Source: Bdellovibrionales bacterium (GTDB taxonomy: Bacteria; Bdellovibrionota; Bdellovibrionia; Bdellovibrionales; UBA1609). From it: 64,000 nt of DNA. Where the stretch lies: contig OZ241329.1 of NCBI GenBank assembly GCA_965199825.1, positions 2,464,001 through 2,528,000 of the forward strand, read 5' to 3'. The notes under the pieces were generated by a model. It was given only the letters and a program-made list of their open reading frames with translations, ran no database searches and was not told the DNA's origin. A program made the position numbers and the translations under genes. This document shows, one piece after another, positions 1-10,767 of this stretch (its first letter is position 1; each line of letters begins with the position of its first letter).

Positions 1-1404
1 GCAAGCTCAGTCACGCTTTCTGATAAAATTAATTTTTTAATTACTCAGCGATCGGTCGTAAAAATAATTGATGGACTTAATGAATCGAACTTACAACAAG
101 CTGTCGATTGCCTTCAAAACACAAAGTCCTCAGCTTCTTTTAAAAATATTAGATCTCAAGGCGATTTAAATATTCAAAAGTTTGACTGCGATATCTTTTT
201 GAATCGGTATTTTTTTGATGGGCTGACCGATCGTTGGTCAGAAATGCGCCGCGATCTGATTTTGAGCAGCACAACTTTTCCTACGGACACGCCCCTCATT
301 GCAGCTCGTAATTTGGAACGTGACGCCGCTTTTCAGATTCAATTCAATCCCGTTCATCCAGTCACCAATTTTTTGTCGCGATGGATGATTCCCGTTGCCA
401 AGGTTGAGCCACTCAAACGCGAGAGCTCAGAATTCAAAGAGATTTTGATTGGACTCTCGAAACAGTACCAAGACATCTGTGAAGATTATTTCACTCAACC
501 AAGTACAACACTTCGGTTAAAACGTTTTAGTTCTGTTGTGGCTCAAGAGCAGTTTTGTATAACTATGCTGCGCGAGCCGAATTCGAATTTGGATAATCAA
601 GATGTGCGTAATCTCGTGCGTATGAATGAACAGAACTTTTCGATTTTTCTTCAATCTCAACTTCGAAAATTCCGCGAAGAAAAACGTCAAGCCTACTATG
701 AGGCACTCAACTCAAGACAATATCTTTTAATGATGTCAACTCCAAGCTCGCCGATCCTCGAACCGCTTATCTTTATTCTTGAAAATGCGAAAGCACGAAA
801 AAAAACAAATGAAATCTATGATTTCAAGAATAATATTGCATCGGAGATTAAGTCTTTTTCAGCGGGTCTATCGTCAGCAGCACAACGCCAAAATTTATAT
901 CAAGATCTCTCTATTTATGCGGATGCGCAGTACGCATTTCTTTATACCGGAAAAATATTTGAAGCCACAGAACGCAAAAATGTTTTACTTGCTCCTCTAA
1001 ACCTTGTTCGCGAAGCGGTAAAAAAGGATATTGAATGGGATCATATGAAGGATCGAATGGCCGAAGATGCTTTGGTCCTAGCGGTCAACGTTGGTTGCCT
1101 TGCATTGAAACGAGCAACATTATTTTTTGGATGTCTCGTTGCGGTTTCTACGCCACTCAATGTGTGGTTAGTTCAATCGAGTATCAATGATTACGGGACC
1201 TACCTAAACGATTTACTTTCTGTTTTGGAAAGCCAACACAAATTGTCTTCCATGGCCGATGCCGACTCTCACTTTGCCGGAACATTATTTTCAGTTGTAA
1301 CTTCGGTAGGTGGCATCACATTGGACGGCGCTTCTGCAGTAGGTCGACTAGGCGAAATACTGCGCTCACTTAAAACAGAAACTTATGCTGTTCATGCGTA
1401 TTAA
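1..1404 (+). CDS. Hypothetical protein, 5'-truncated by the window edge; hydrophobic segments near the C-terminus
   Basis: Frame 1 is open from base 1 into the 199..1404 ORF; no recognised motif. Confidence 0.7.
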   Translation, partial: ASSVTLSDKINFLITQRSVVKIIDGLNESNLQQAVDCLQNTKSSASFKNIRSQGDLNIQKFDCDIFLNRYFFDGLTDRWSEMRRDLILSSTTFPTDTPLIAARNLERDAAFQIQFNPVHPVTNFLSRWMIPVAKVEPLKRESSEFKEILIGLSKQYQDICEDYFTQPSTTLRLKRFSSVVAQEQFCITMLREPNSNLDNQDVRNLVRMNEQNFSIFLQSQLRKFREEKRQAYYEALNSRQYLLMMSTPSSPILEPLIFILENAKARKKTNEIYDFKNNIASEIKSFSAGLSSAAQRQNLYQDLSIYADAQYAFLYTGKIFEATERKNVLLAPLNLVREAVKKDIEWDHMKDRMAEDALVLAVNVGCLALKRATLFFGCLVAVSTPLNVWLVQSSINDYGTYLNDLLSVLESQHKLSSMADADSHFAGTLFSVVTSVGGITLDGASAVGRLGEILRSLKTETYAVHAY

Positions 1405-1452
1405 ACATAAACTAGCTATTTCTTTATCAGCGCGGATTCCATAACCAAAATA

Positions 1453-1468
1453 TGGCTATTTTTTTGCA
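1453..1468 (+). promoter_or_regulatory. Putative sigma54 (-24/-12) promoter
   Basis: TGGCTATTTTTTTGCA = GG-N10-GC with TTGCA, directly upstream of the 1502 ORF. Confidence 0.45.
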
Positions 1469-1501
1469 AAGTCATATTTTCGTATAATCAAATCATTTTG
1501 A

Positions 1502-2401
1502 TTGCTTGATAACGTTAGGGAGTCGGCAATTTTAAGCTCAATTTTGACAATTTTTGTTCTTTTAAGTTGGGGTGTTGAACAGTCAGCCACTAACAGGTGC
1601 GTGAATCAAGACATGAGAAATTCCGCAGTAGCGCCTTTTAGATCGCAAATCTATCGCCACAAGAACCAATTATGGGATTCGGGATATTGTTATGCATTCG
1701 CAATGTCCAATGTCATTGGACAGGCTCTGGGGATTGCAGTCGCACCAGAAGACATCGCTTTTCAGTACTGGAAAACCTATTTTGAAAAGCAAATGAACAA
1801 CAAAAACGATATTTTGTATGGCCTTTTTCCAATTGATGATTCTATTCAATTGGGCGGAGAAATGAACGATGCCGCCCAAGCATTGAAACCGATCGGATAC
1901 TGTCAGGCTGCTCGTTTTAATAAATACATTCAAACTTTAGGTAAACCAAAAGATTGGTATATATCTTTGCATTTGAGATCTCAAAAATTATCGATCCAAG
2001 CTTTTAAAAAGGAGTTTGAATTCGCATGTGTTCCGCGTGTATTTTTAAATTCGAATTTGTCTCTAAAGGTTGAAACATTAAAAAATGACATCCAACTGAA
2101 ATCTGATCCAGAGGCATCGATTCAAGGTTTGATTGCTAAAATCGATTCAACCTTAGGTGAAAAACGATTTGTGATTTTAAATTATCAACACCATGTTGTG
2201 ACAATCGTCGGGAAGAGCGAAGACTGTAGTTACATTATTCAAGACTCAATACCCTTATCAGTTCGAGAATGGGCTAATGCACCCAAATATTATTTTGCAC
2301 ACGAAGGAGAATTTATCCAATTCTGGAGTAAACAAGGAATATTTGATGCTTTGATATCCGACACGAGTAGCGCAGCGATATCGTATATCGAGACAAAATG
2401 A
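1502..2401 (+). CDS. Exported papain-like (C1-type) cysteine peptidase
   Basis: KNQLWDSGYCYAFA (oxyanion Q and catalytic C), HHVVTIVG (His), YIIQDS (Asp at the Asn position); N-terminal hydrophobic segment; start uncertain. Confidence 0.6.
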   Translation: MLDNVRESAILSSILTIFVLLSWGVEQSATNRCVNQDMRNSAVAPFRSQIYRHKNQLWDSGYCYAFAMSNVIGQALGIAVAPEDIAFQYWKTYFEKQMNNKNDILYGLFPIDDSIQLGGEMNDAAQALKPIGYCQAARFNKYIQTLGKPKDWYISLHLRSQKLSIQAFKKEFEFACVPRVFLNSNLSLKVETLKNDIQLKSDPEASIQGLIAKIDSTLGEKRFVILNYQHHVVTIVGKSEDCSYIIQDSIPLSVREWANAPKYYFAHEGEFIQFWSKQGIFDALISDTSSAAISYIETK

Positions 2402-2486
2402 CGAGCTCAATTATCCTCAGAGATTCAGAAGATGGCATGCTTCGAACTTCTTCGGACAATCCGGTTGATAAGAATAATATGACAGC

Positions 2487-3890
2487 TTACTCTCGACGTT
2501 TTAAAATAACCGACAAATCATCATAGTAAGCGATGACCCACTCGCCTTGCTGAACAGCCCGCGAGAGGTAGCGAATCTCCATGGGATGCCCCTTTGCAAG
2601 CACCCGTTTTCGGAGTACAAACATTTTGATATTCATCTGTTCTATCAAACTTTGGACCTCAATATCTGAGCGATAAATCTTCATGTAAACCTCGTCCAAA
2701 AACTTTGGACAATCGATATGGCCATGATAAGCCACTTTCAGTGCTCCATCAAAACGCCACACAAAGTAAGAGCCCCAATCTGTTTCGTTAAAAAGATTTC
2801 CACTCCAGTGATTGCTCTCAATGAAATCGGCAGCCCCAATTGGAAGAGCATAGGGACTGACGCCACCACCCGCTTCAATAAAACCGGTATGTGTGGGATA
2901 TCCCCATCCTATCACCAATACCAATGCGGCCATTTGGAAACCCAAACTCAAAAACCGAATCGATTTTATTGGCTTTAAATTTTGAGAAATCAAAATCAAA
3001 CAGCCCAATGCCGAAACAAACATAAATCGCAATGCATTGTGCCCCAAGAGGACTAAAAAAATAAAAACAACCGTTTCGAAAATTGATTTATTTTTAATTA
3101 GTAAAAAGGCTGTTAATGCCCAAATGGCGACAAGACACAAAACTTCTGGGACTGCAAATGCACCTGGAGAAAACGTTGGCATCCACTCCAAAAAATGAGT
3201 TCGAAAAATCATCCACTCCCCACCCCAAATTTTCTCAAAGGGATAAAGGAAACCTTTTATTCCCAATGGATTAATCATGCAGGCTAAGACAGAAATAAAA
3301 AAACTTTTAACAAACAAAATTCTCGGCTTCTGCGTGAGTACGAGCAAACCCAAAAGAAAAAGCCCCAAAGGAAAACCTGGATGGCAATTGACCCAAATCA
3401 AAAAAAGAGCCGGCACTCCAAACAAAAACATTTTTTGTGATTTGTTTTTTTGGGTCATCACGAAAATTAACAGGACACAAAAAAAATCAGAAATCAGCGA
3501 GGCCTTTTCGCTAAACCGCAGGCATCCTGCATAAGCCCCAATAAGTAAAAGTGGCCCTGCTAAATAATTTTTGTTCTTTATCAAAGTCCAAACCAAAAGA
3601 AAGCTCATCAAGCTGATGAGCAATGTTTTAAAGGCGATTACAAAATTAAACCCACCCAACCAAAAGATTGAATAAAAAAGAAGGTAGCTCCCCCACTCGT
3701 GAGCGATGTGCCAATTGGGACTTGGGGCTTGGATTAAAAAAGGATCGAAATTCAAAAACTCGCCAGCAAAAACTTTTTTGCCAAGCTCAAGATACATAAA
3801 GAGGTCGTCGGAGCGCACAGGCGTAAAACACGCGTAACCTAAAGTGAGCTGGCTCAATATGGTATTTTTGAATTTGAAGAGTTCTTTCAT
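2487..3890 (-). CDS. Polytopic membrane protein, probable GT-C-fold glycosyltransferase-like family
   Basis: Many TM segments; DDLFMYLELG, HEW, WVNCHPGF, NPLG, EWMP motifs; soluble C-terminal domain; probable start at ATG 3890. Confidence 0.55.
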   Translation of the reverse strand: MKELFKFKNTILSQLTLGYACFTPVRSDDLFMYLELGKKVFAGEFLNFDPFLIQAPSPNWHIAHEWGSYLLFYSIFWLGGFNFVIAFKTLLISLMSFLLVWTLIKNKNYLAGPLLLIGAYAGCLRFSEKASLISDFFCVLLIFVMTQKNKSQKMFLFGVPALFLIWVNCHPGFPLGLFLLGLLVLTQKPRILFVKSFFISVLACMINPLGIKGFLYPFEKIWGGEWMIFRTHFLEWMPTFSPGAFAVPEVLCLVAIWALTAFLLIKNKSIFETVVFIFLVLLGHNALRFMFVSALGCLILISQNLKPIKSIRFLSLGFQMAALVLVIGWGYPTHTGFIEAGGGVSPYALPIGAADFIESNHWSGNLFNETDWGSYFVWRFDGALKVAYHGHIDCPKFLDEVYMKIYRSDIEVQSLIEQMNIKMFVLRKRVLAKGHPMEIRYLSRAVQQGEWVIAYYDDLSVILKRRE

Positions 3891-4086
3891 AGTGCTTAGG
3901 TTAAGATCGAACTTCAAAGATTCAACATAAATTATAAATTTAGGCCTACGATTTTTTATTTTAATTCGGTTTGAAATTGCATTCATTAATTAAGCGAAGT
4001 TTGGAGAAGGAATGTGACGCGCCCTCTATTGATCTCAATCTAAATATTTTGAAGACTCTTAGAAATTATTCTGAAGGGATTTATTA

Positions 4087-4449
4087 TTGAAAGCATTATG
4101 GCTAATTGTATGGGCGACTCTGATTTTTGGAAATGCGGCCTCAGGCATGTGCAATCAAAGTCTAGAATCAAACATTTCTCAGCTCCAACTGAGTGAAGTC
4201 AGCAAACAGAAACTGATTCACGCAGCTCTAGATTTTCGGCGCGATTTTGGCGAGCACACTCAAGGTTTAACCGCGGAGATGAATTCCACTGAATCGTCCA
4301 AACCAGGAGACGGAAGAATCGCCACAATTCAATTCCTAAGAAATGGCAAAGCAGAGGGTTGGACAATGCAAATTTCTTTTGAAGTCGTAAAAGAAGAAGT
4401 GGTTTTGAAGGCGATTCGATTTCGCGGTATTACTGAACTTCAAAAATAA
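4087..4449 (+). CDS. Small exported hypothetical protein
   Basis: Signal-peptide-like N-terminus, 120 aa ORF. Confidence 0.6.
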   Translation: MKALWLIVWATLIFGNAASGMCNQSLESNISQLQLSEVSKQKLIHAALDFRRDFGEHTQGLTAEMNSTESSKPGDGRIATIQFLRNGKAEGWTMQISFEVVKEEVVLKAIRFRGITELQK

Positions 4450-4479
4450 TCAGTGGGTGCTTTTCTGCATTGAGCCTAC

Positions 4480-5115
4480 TTAATCGAGAGTTGATAGCTG
4501 CTGACACTGAGTTTTTTGAACTTGTCCTGTGACTTTAGCTGTATCTTGAAGCTGGGCTTTGATGCGGGCTTTGCCATTTTGAGCTTGAAGGAGAAGCTCC
4601 CAAAATGATTTGTAATGGGAGACTCTAAATTCAACACGTTGAGTTCCGCTACAAAGTTGTTGTGTCGTTTTGCAACTGCCCATCATACAACCAAAACAAT
4701 TTCCCACGTAACTACACGAGACTAATTCTACAGAATACGTGTCGTTTATCACTTCTGAGGTTGTGCGAACTGTGGTCGTTACGGGCTGACCAGTAGATTT
4801 TGCACTCAATTCAAAATAATCGCTTTTGTAGAAGCTAGGGATAAAAAGCAGAAAATCAAAATTCTGGTTCGACGAATTGGTAATTTTAAGCACCTTGTTT
4901 CGAAGAGTTAATATTGGGTGAGCAAAAAAACTGGGGCTTTCGATCGTGAGATCAAGCTGACCATTCTTTATTTCTTCCAGCTGCCCTTGAGGATTTTTGA
5001 GAAGCACCTGGCCTTCAACTTCGACATTTCCGATAAATTTTTGATCGGTTAAGTCTTCGGCTAAAACTCTGACCGATACACAAAAAGCCAAAATTAATAA
5101 TGTCATCAATTTCAT
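4480..5115 (-). CDS. Exported beta-rich hypothetical protein with a Cys-rich insert
   Basis: Signal peptide from MKLMTLL; CSYVGNCFGCMMGSC...LCSG. Confidence 0.65.
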   Translation of the reverse strand: MKLMTLLILAFCVSVRVLAEDLTDQKFIGNVEVEGQVLLKNPQGQLEEIKNGQLDLTIESPSFFAHPILTLRNKVLKITNSSNQNFDFLLFIPSFYKSDYFELSAKSTGQPVTTTVRTTSEVINDTYSVELVSCSYVGNCFGCMMGSCKTTQQLCSGTQRVEFRVSHYKSFWELLLQAQNGKARIKAQLQDTAKVTGQVQKTQCQQLSTLD

Positions 5116-5399
5116 AAGATCCTTGGATGAGAGACGGTCACAATACTCTTCTGCAAACGTGCCAAAGGGTTGGACAACGTATACGGTCTTAAGGCTGATC
5201 AAGAAGTAATCGCATTTGTAATAACTCTCAAATTTTGAGGCTTAATGTTTTGCTAACGCTTTGTTTAAACCAGATGCGAAACCGCCTTCAGGACTTAATT
5301 AGCATAATTGACAAAAGGGTTTTGTTGTAAATAAATTTATTTAGTTTAATTGATGAATTCTGGGTTTTCTACCAAAGCTTAGACATTCTGTTCTAGTCT

Positions 5400-6239
5400 T
5401 CAGCCCCCACCAAGCAGCAAGTCCGCACAAGCAATCCCTGCTTTACGACCTTCTATTTCTAAAGCAAGATCGGTAAGAGCTTTTGATGCCAAATTCCAAG
5501 GGGCAGGCTTTCGATCTACAACTCCTCCGCTGTTTGAACCAAAATATCCATCAGGAGAATCGGTAATGATTGTTTTTAGAGCTTGTATAGCCAACTGGCC
5601 GACTTCAGTTTGAGAGTTTACACGAACAATCCGAGCTAAAGTTCCAATCGACAACATCACATGCTCAGTGCTCGCTGACTCATGTTTAACGAGCTCTTTG
5701 TACATCAGAGCAATTTCGGTCAACGTGTCCATTACGCTTTTTATTTCAGATCTTAACGAAGTTGCGAGTTGAGGGTCCTTGAGCAGTTTTTCTGCTAGTA
5801 ACAAAAATATATTATCAAACTCATTTTGTTTTCTTGTGGGTATGGGTTCCGCCAAAACATTGAGATAGCTTTCAGATCCTAGCAAATAGGCATTACTTCT
5901 TGTGCTCCCCGATTTGATCGCATGAGCTTGGTTTATCAGAGCTCTTTTTGTTAACTTACCTAAGACTTCAATCAAAGCATTTTGGCTTTCAACAGAATAT
6001 CGGGTGTTTCCGTAAGGTCGATTGAAATCGTTCAGTCGTGCTAGCATTTGCTTAATGGGATTGGTGTATTCAAAACTATTGGATGCACCGATCAAAGCTT
6101 TTAGAAAAACGGGATAAGGCTGCTCACCAATTTCGTAGAGTGATGTAGGCTGATTCGGCGGAAATTGATCCAGGCTTATGACAGCAGCTTGAGCCTGAGT
6201 GGAAATGAGAACAGAAAAAATCAAGTTCTGAAGTGACAT
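5400..6239 (-). CDS. Exported helical hypothetical protein with C-terminal CxxxL
   Basis: GGAG RBS before ATG 6239; AQA signal cleavage site; ends ACADLLLGGG. Confidence 0.7.
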   Translation of the reverse strand: MSLQNLIFSVLISTQAQAAVISLDQFPPNQPTSLYEIGEQPYPVFLKALIGASNSFEYTNPIKQMLARLNDFNRPYGNTRYSVESQNALIEVLGKLTKRALINQAHAIKSGSTRSNAYLLGSESYLNVLAEPIPTRKQNEFDNIFLLLAEKLLKDPQLATSLRSEIKSVMDTLTEIALMYKELVKHESASTEHVMLSIGTLARIVRVNSQTEVGQLAIQALKTIITDSPDGYFGSNSGGVVDRKPAPWNLASKALTDLALEIEGRKAGIACADLLLGGG

Positions 6240-6485
6240 CGATATCTCCAAAAGTGCTAAGACATTAAACAAGAAAATATTTGAAGCGAGCTATAGATCG
6301 CACTAGCCTTAACCGCACAAACTCAGCAATCAAAATTAGAGATGCGGTGAATATTTTTTAAATACGTTGCTGCTTGCGCTGTCAGGCCACCGAGTCAAAG
6401 AGGAAGCCGTCTCTCGCCCACTTTTATTGTTTGAACTATACAACACGAATTGTTTATCTCAGAAATCTAGGATAGCCGCTTATCC

Positions 6486-7050
6486 ATGAAAATCTTTATT
6501 CTCTCCGCATTCATAGTGTTTCTAGCTTTTGCTCAAAAATGCTTTTTGCATTTTGCTTTTGCAAAGTACGGCTAGGTTATTATCAAGTCCAAGATCATTT
6601 TGTCACTCAGCTTGGAGCAGATGAAGCCAAAGAAAATTTTGGAAAATTATTGCCGGCCGCTATTTAAAGAATCTTCACATCTGGCATACCCTGCCACCAA
6701 ATGATGAAATTGGACTTTGGATGGCATTCTATCCTGCGGCGATCGTTAATGCTGTTTTTGTCGCAATGAGCCTCGGGGCGTATCGCATGAATTCCAAATC
6801 TATAAATCAGCTTTGGCCGATAGTTGAATTTGCGAATAGTCATCGCGATGAACTCGAAATCTTTGGCATTCAAATTCCAATATTACCTTTCACACAAAAT
6901 TTATGGAGATCAAAGAATTTACTCAATCGATGGCGGAGCCGCAAAATATTTATTGAAAAAGTGAGATCTCAGAATGCGGAAGTGTTTCATTTCATTCGAG
7001 AGATTGCTTATCTCGATATCGCTATTGCAATCGCAGATTCGTTTCTTTAG
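6486..7050 (+). pseudogene. Degraded paralog of 11706..12437
   Basis: Reads MKIFIL...AFAQ, frameshifts, GYYQVQDHFVTQLGADEAKENFGKLLPAAI*, internal deletion, then the 6721..7050 ORF matching the paralog C-terminus (YRMNSKSIN.LWP). Confidence 0.85.
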
Positions 7051-7243
7051 GTATTGGTTCGATCTCGAAGATTCTGATTTTTTGATTACCTAAAGCGGTG
7101 CAAGATAGCTAAAAGCCAAACCACATTTATCCCGACCTTAGACCTAAAAGTAGTAGAAGACGAGATTGCGCCGGCAAGAAAAGATCTTACTGCCAATCAA
7201 TGATCTATACTTTGAATAATGAGCAACAAAAGTCTTATAGCTT

Positions 7244-8851
7244 ATGTTTAGATCAATTTATCTCGTCGTGTTGATGGGAATAATCCTGGGTTGCGCCACT
7301 GCTTCTCAAGTTGCGCGTAAACCTCAAGCCCTCGAATCCAACACGGAAGACTCTATCTCGCTCATTGCACAGGTTTTAAATCCCCAAATTAAAATTCTAG
7401 ATCGAAATGTTCTCACGTTTAGGTATGAAGATGCAGATCATAGCTTCAATCCACAAACCGCAGGAGATATACAGAATCGAGAATTTTCATGGGCTCGCCG
7501 GTTTTATGATTCCACGAAGTTTCGTGGATCGATGATTGGGCCTGGGGTCTACGTGGCTCTTGATCCAAATTCTACGCCGAAATATGGGGGAGCTGACCCT
7601 CAACTTTTTTTGCTTAAGCTTAAACAAGGGTCACGGTTGCTTGTCGGTGATGCCAATACAGTCAAGGCCCGCGACTACTCTACTGTTAAAGGCGTGCTCA
7701 ATTCACTGAGCTGTATTGATAACACCAAGAATAAAGACCCAGTGCCCCTCAAGACCTATGCCGATATTCTTTCAGCCTTTCGCTCTTCGGAAAAATCAGA
7801 ATGTAGAGAACTTATTATTCAGGTTTATAAACGGCTTCAAATTCAAGCAACACTCTATCACTTTGACTCGAGCACTTTAAAAGATTGTCGTTTCAGCGGG
7901 ACCGCGATCAATATCGTCGATCCCTCATGCATTGTTGAAAATGACATCAATTTTTATTCTGCAAATAAAAGGATCGAAGGAGATCCTTTAATCACTCCGT
8001 TCGTAAAAAAACTATTCATCGAAGGAATTAATAACCTAACCGCACAAGCTGAACTGGACAGCTTTAGCATGGTTGAAAAATACCGAAATCAATTTAAATT
8101 ATTCGAAAATGTTCCTAACCTTTCCGAAGCCGATTTTCGAGTGTTGAAAATAAAAAATATCCTCAAGTGTGGCGATGTTTCGTCGGTCGAAGATCCGAAT
8201 TTAAAATTTGCCGCATTTTTGAAACAGAATGCTCGGATCAATTTAGATCCAGAAATTTATAATTTATATTTAAAAGCTGCGTTCGCCTATAAAGCAAAAT
8301 TTGCTGATGTCTTTCGCACTCCAACAAAAGCTTATGGAAGCTTCGTCTTGTCGAGGGTTCGAATGATTGAAAAGCTGGGATTCAAAAATTCTGGCTTGAT
8401 CCAGGATGAAGTTAATTTTACTAAGTGGCGAAAAATAAAGAGCTTAATGAATGATCCATCGTTGTGGACAACGATCCCTCAAAAACTGAAGGAAAATGCG
8501 ATCGGGAACCTTTTCGAATTCGAACGCAAAATGAATCGTGAACTGGACAAAATGCCGTCTGATAACCAAAAGAGTCCGATCGCTCTAGCCGATCTTCTCA
8601 ACAAAATTGGGGCGGGTCCTAAAACTATTCAAATTTTATTCACCACTTCAAATCTGGATTTTGGAAATATACCCATCTTCGAAAAGAACATTCCTACGGA
8701 TTCTCGCAAGGACTACACCGAATTATTAATAAGAAATAAAAACAAGCTTAAAAAAATTCTGCAACAGTGCGAACTGATTTATTCTGATCCAATTTTATCA
8801 ATGCAAGATGTGCTCGATAGCCCATGCGGAATTGAAAAATTAGAACAATAA
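7244..8851 (+). CDS. Lipoprotein with a possible ADP-ribosyltransferase-like N-terminal domain
   Basis: Lipobox ILGC; GPGVYVALDPNSTPKYG motif; function is inference. Confidence 0.6.
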   Translation: MFRSIYLVVLMGIILGCATASQVARKPQALESNTEDSISLIAQVLNPQIKILDRNVLTFRYEDADHSFNPQTAGDIQNREFSWARRFYDSTKFRGSMIGPGVYVALDPNSTPKYGGADPQLFLLKLKQGSRLLVGDANTVKARDYSTVKGVLNSLSCIDNTKNKDPVPLKTYADILSAFRSSEKSECRELIIQVYKRLQIQATLYHFDSSTLKDCRFSGTAINIVDPSCIVENDINFYSANKRIEGDPLITPFVKKLFIEGINNLTAQAELDSFSMVEKYRNQFKLFENVPNLSEADFRVLKIKNILKCGDVSSVEDPNLKFAAFLKQNARINLDPEIYNLYLKAAFAYKAKFADVFRTPTKAYGSFVLSRVRMIEKLGFKNSGLIQDEVNFTKWRKIKSLMNDPSLWTTIPQKLKENAIGNLFEFERKMNRELDKMPSDNQKSPIALADLLNKIGAGPKTIQILFTTSNLDFGNIPIFEKNIPTDSRKDYTELLIRNKNKLKKILQQCELIYSDPILSMQDVLDSPCGIEKLEQ

Positions 8852-8855
8852 AAAT

Positions 8856-9674
8856 TCAGTTCAATCGGGTATCGAGAAATTGGGCGCACCTTTGTCGGTT
8901 CGCCTCATGATAGATTTTTTTACCTAAGTGAGCAGCTTTTAGAAGGGCGTTCTCCAAAAAAGAAAAATCATTAGATTGATCAGGATAATTTCTATTAATA
9001 AGATCTTGATGGTGATTGATTCGGGTTATGAAATCCACAAAATGTTTCGCCCCATAGCTAAGTTGAGACAAAGCTTGCTCTCTCGAAACATTAAGGGCTT
9101 CGCTATTCTCACTAATAAATAAAACAATCTCGGCCTCGTCGAGATGTAATAGCTCGGTTGCTTTCACCAACCCTTGAATCATAATAAAAGATTCGTGTGA
9201 TCGATCCATTTCAACACTGAGTTGTTGTTCAATTTCTGTTCGTATTCGATCCGCATATGAAATTGGCTCGCTTTGCTGCTCATGAGTTAGCTTTCCTAAA
9301 CGGAAACGGTCAACAAGGTAGTGGAGGAGTTCGTGGAGGACGTCACCATTTTCTGGCTGGGCGGGAAGTAAAATATGCGGATATTTTCTGATATGCAGTG
9401 GCAAAAGAGATTTATATGCAGGTATGTAGAGAGCATAATCACTTTCATACTTTCTAAAAAAAAGCAGATCTGCATCACTGTCACGTTTATCGCGCCAAAT
9501 AGGATTTTCACCGATGAGATGAATTCGAAGATCTGTAAAATTCGCTTTAATCTCTCGTAATAAAATGGGTATCGAAGAATTTTTGGCTATTTCTAGCAAG
9601 ACACTTCGATCTTCAGGGCGAAGGTCTAAACCATAACCGGGGAGTGCGAGAAGTATAAGCAAGAGGAACATCAT
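8856..9674 (-). CDS. Exported putative zinc metalloprotease (HExxH)
   Basis: Signal peptide; VLHELLHY plus downstream HLDEAE; ends CAQFLDTRLN. Confidence 0.6.
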   Translation of the reverse strand: MMFLLLILLALPGYGLDLRPEDRSVLLEIAKNSSIPILLREIKANFTDLRIHLIGENPIWRDKRDSDADLLFFRKYESDYALYIPAYKSLLPLHIRKYPHILLPAQPENGDVLHELLHYLVDRFRLGKLTHEQQSEPISYADRIRTEIEQQLSVEMDRSHESFIMIQGLVKATELLHLDEAEIVLFISENSEALNVSREQALSQLSYGAKHFVDFITRINHHQDLINRNYPDQSNDFSFLENALLKAAHLGKKIYHEANRQRCAQFLDTRLN

Positions 9675-10528
9675 TTTTGAGTTGATTGATTCAAGTCAAT
9701 TCCCTCAGCTGCAAGAATTAAGTCCATACCGAAGTCGCTTTTTCTTTTGATGCTCGAATTCCACGGCGGCGCGACAATCCGCTTTTGATCAGCATCAACA
9801 AACCCGAAAGTCACCAACCCAAAAACCTGGGCGGCCTCGGGCGTTGACTCGAATTGTTTTGTTCTTTGATTATACGCAATCGGAACTCCATTTTCGGTGA
9901 CGAGCACCTTAAAAACAACGGCATCGAGCCCCGATTTTGGAATCACAATCCAATAGTGATCAAAGGCCTCAACTTTGGCTTTTCCAAAACCCGGAATAAT
10001 GATATCAACTAAACACTTTTTAGTTGAAAGCTGGATATCTAAAAAATAAATCGATTCGGACTCTGCCATTCGCTCAAGTTTAATTTTATCACCTGAGTAG
10101 GGTGGGTTATCGTGGTGGTGATCCCAGGAGTCTGTGCCTTCACGAGCAGAAATATTAAGTTGAGTTTGATTGGGAGTGTGAGTGACTAAGTAATGATAAT
10201 ACTCGGTTCGAAATTCTATCAAAAAACGCGAAGCCTCTAGGGGCTTGGTCTTTGAGTGCAAAAGATAATGAAACAGAATATCGCCTAATCCCTCACCTTT
10301 CGTGATAACTTTTTGTTGAGCCAAAATTTGAGACCGCTGGATCAATTGGTGGCTACTCAGAAGTTCGTTGCATATTCCTTCAAATAACCAATGCCTCGCC
10401 TTAGTATTAACAAATAGTTGGTCTAAAAATTCGGGTGGTTCGGGTCTTGCCAAACACAGTGACGTATACAAACAAAAAAAAGTTGTTATCCCAATCGAAC
10501 CGATCGTCTTTAAAAAATGATATGGCAT
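9671..10528 (-). CDS. Exported hypothetical protein
   Basis: GGGAGAG RBS, signal peptide, 4-nt overlap with the downstream gene. Confidence 0.7.
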   Translation of the reverse strand: MPYHFLKTIGSIGITTFFCLYTSLCLARPEPPEFLDQLFVNTKARHWLFEGICNELLSSHQLIQRSQILAQQKVITKGEGLGDILFHYLLHSKTKPLEASRFLIEFRTEYYHYLVTHTPNQTQLNISAREGTDSWDHHHDNPPYSGDKIKLERMAESESIYFLDIQLSTKKCLVDIIIPGFGKAKVEAFDHYWIVIPKSGLDAVVFKVLVTENGVPIAYNQRTKQFESTPEAAQVFGLVTFGFVDADQKRIVAPPWNSSIKRKSDFGMDLILAAEGIDLNQSTQK

Positions 10529-10767
10529 TTGCTCTCCCTTATTTAGCCAGCCTTAAAATTTGTCATAGGACAAAACCTTTTATTAAGCTCATTATCCCCA
10601 AAACATAGAAGCGTGGAACCAAACTTGGAACTACTCGATCAGAAATCAAAAATCTAGGTAGAATGAATATTTGTGACCGAAGAAGAACAACTGCCCCTTT
10701 CAAAATAGGTGGTAATAGAAAAAATTTTAACATTTCAATGTTCGAATAGAGTAAAGGTCTGCGACTG

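Noticed and set aside
5150..5165. TGGCACG-TTTGC on the minus strand as a sigma54 promoter
   Set aside because: GG-to-GC spacing is shorter than the required 10 nt
6721..7050. 109-aa ORF as an independent gene
   Set aside because: It is the 3' fragment of the pseudogene starting at 6486
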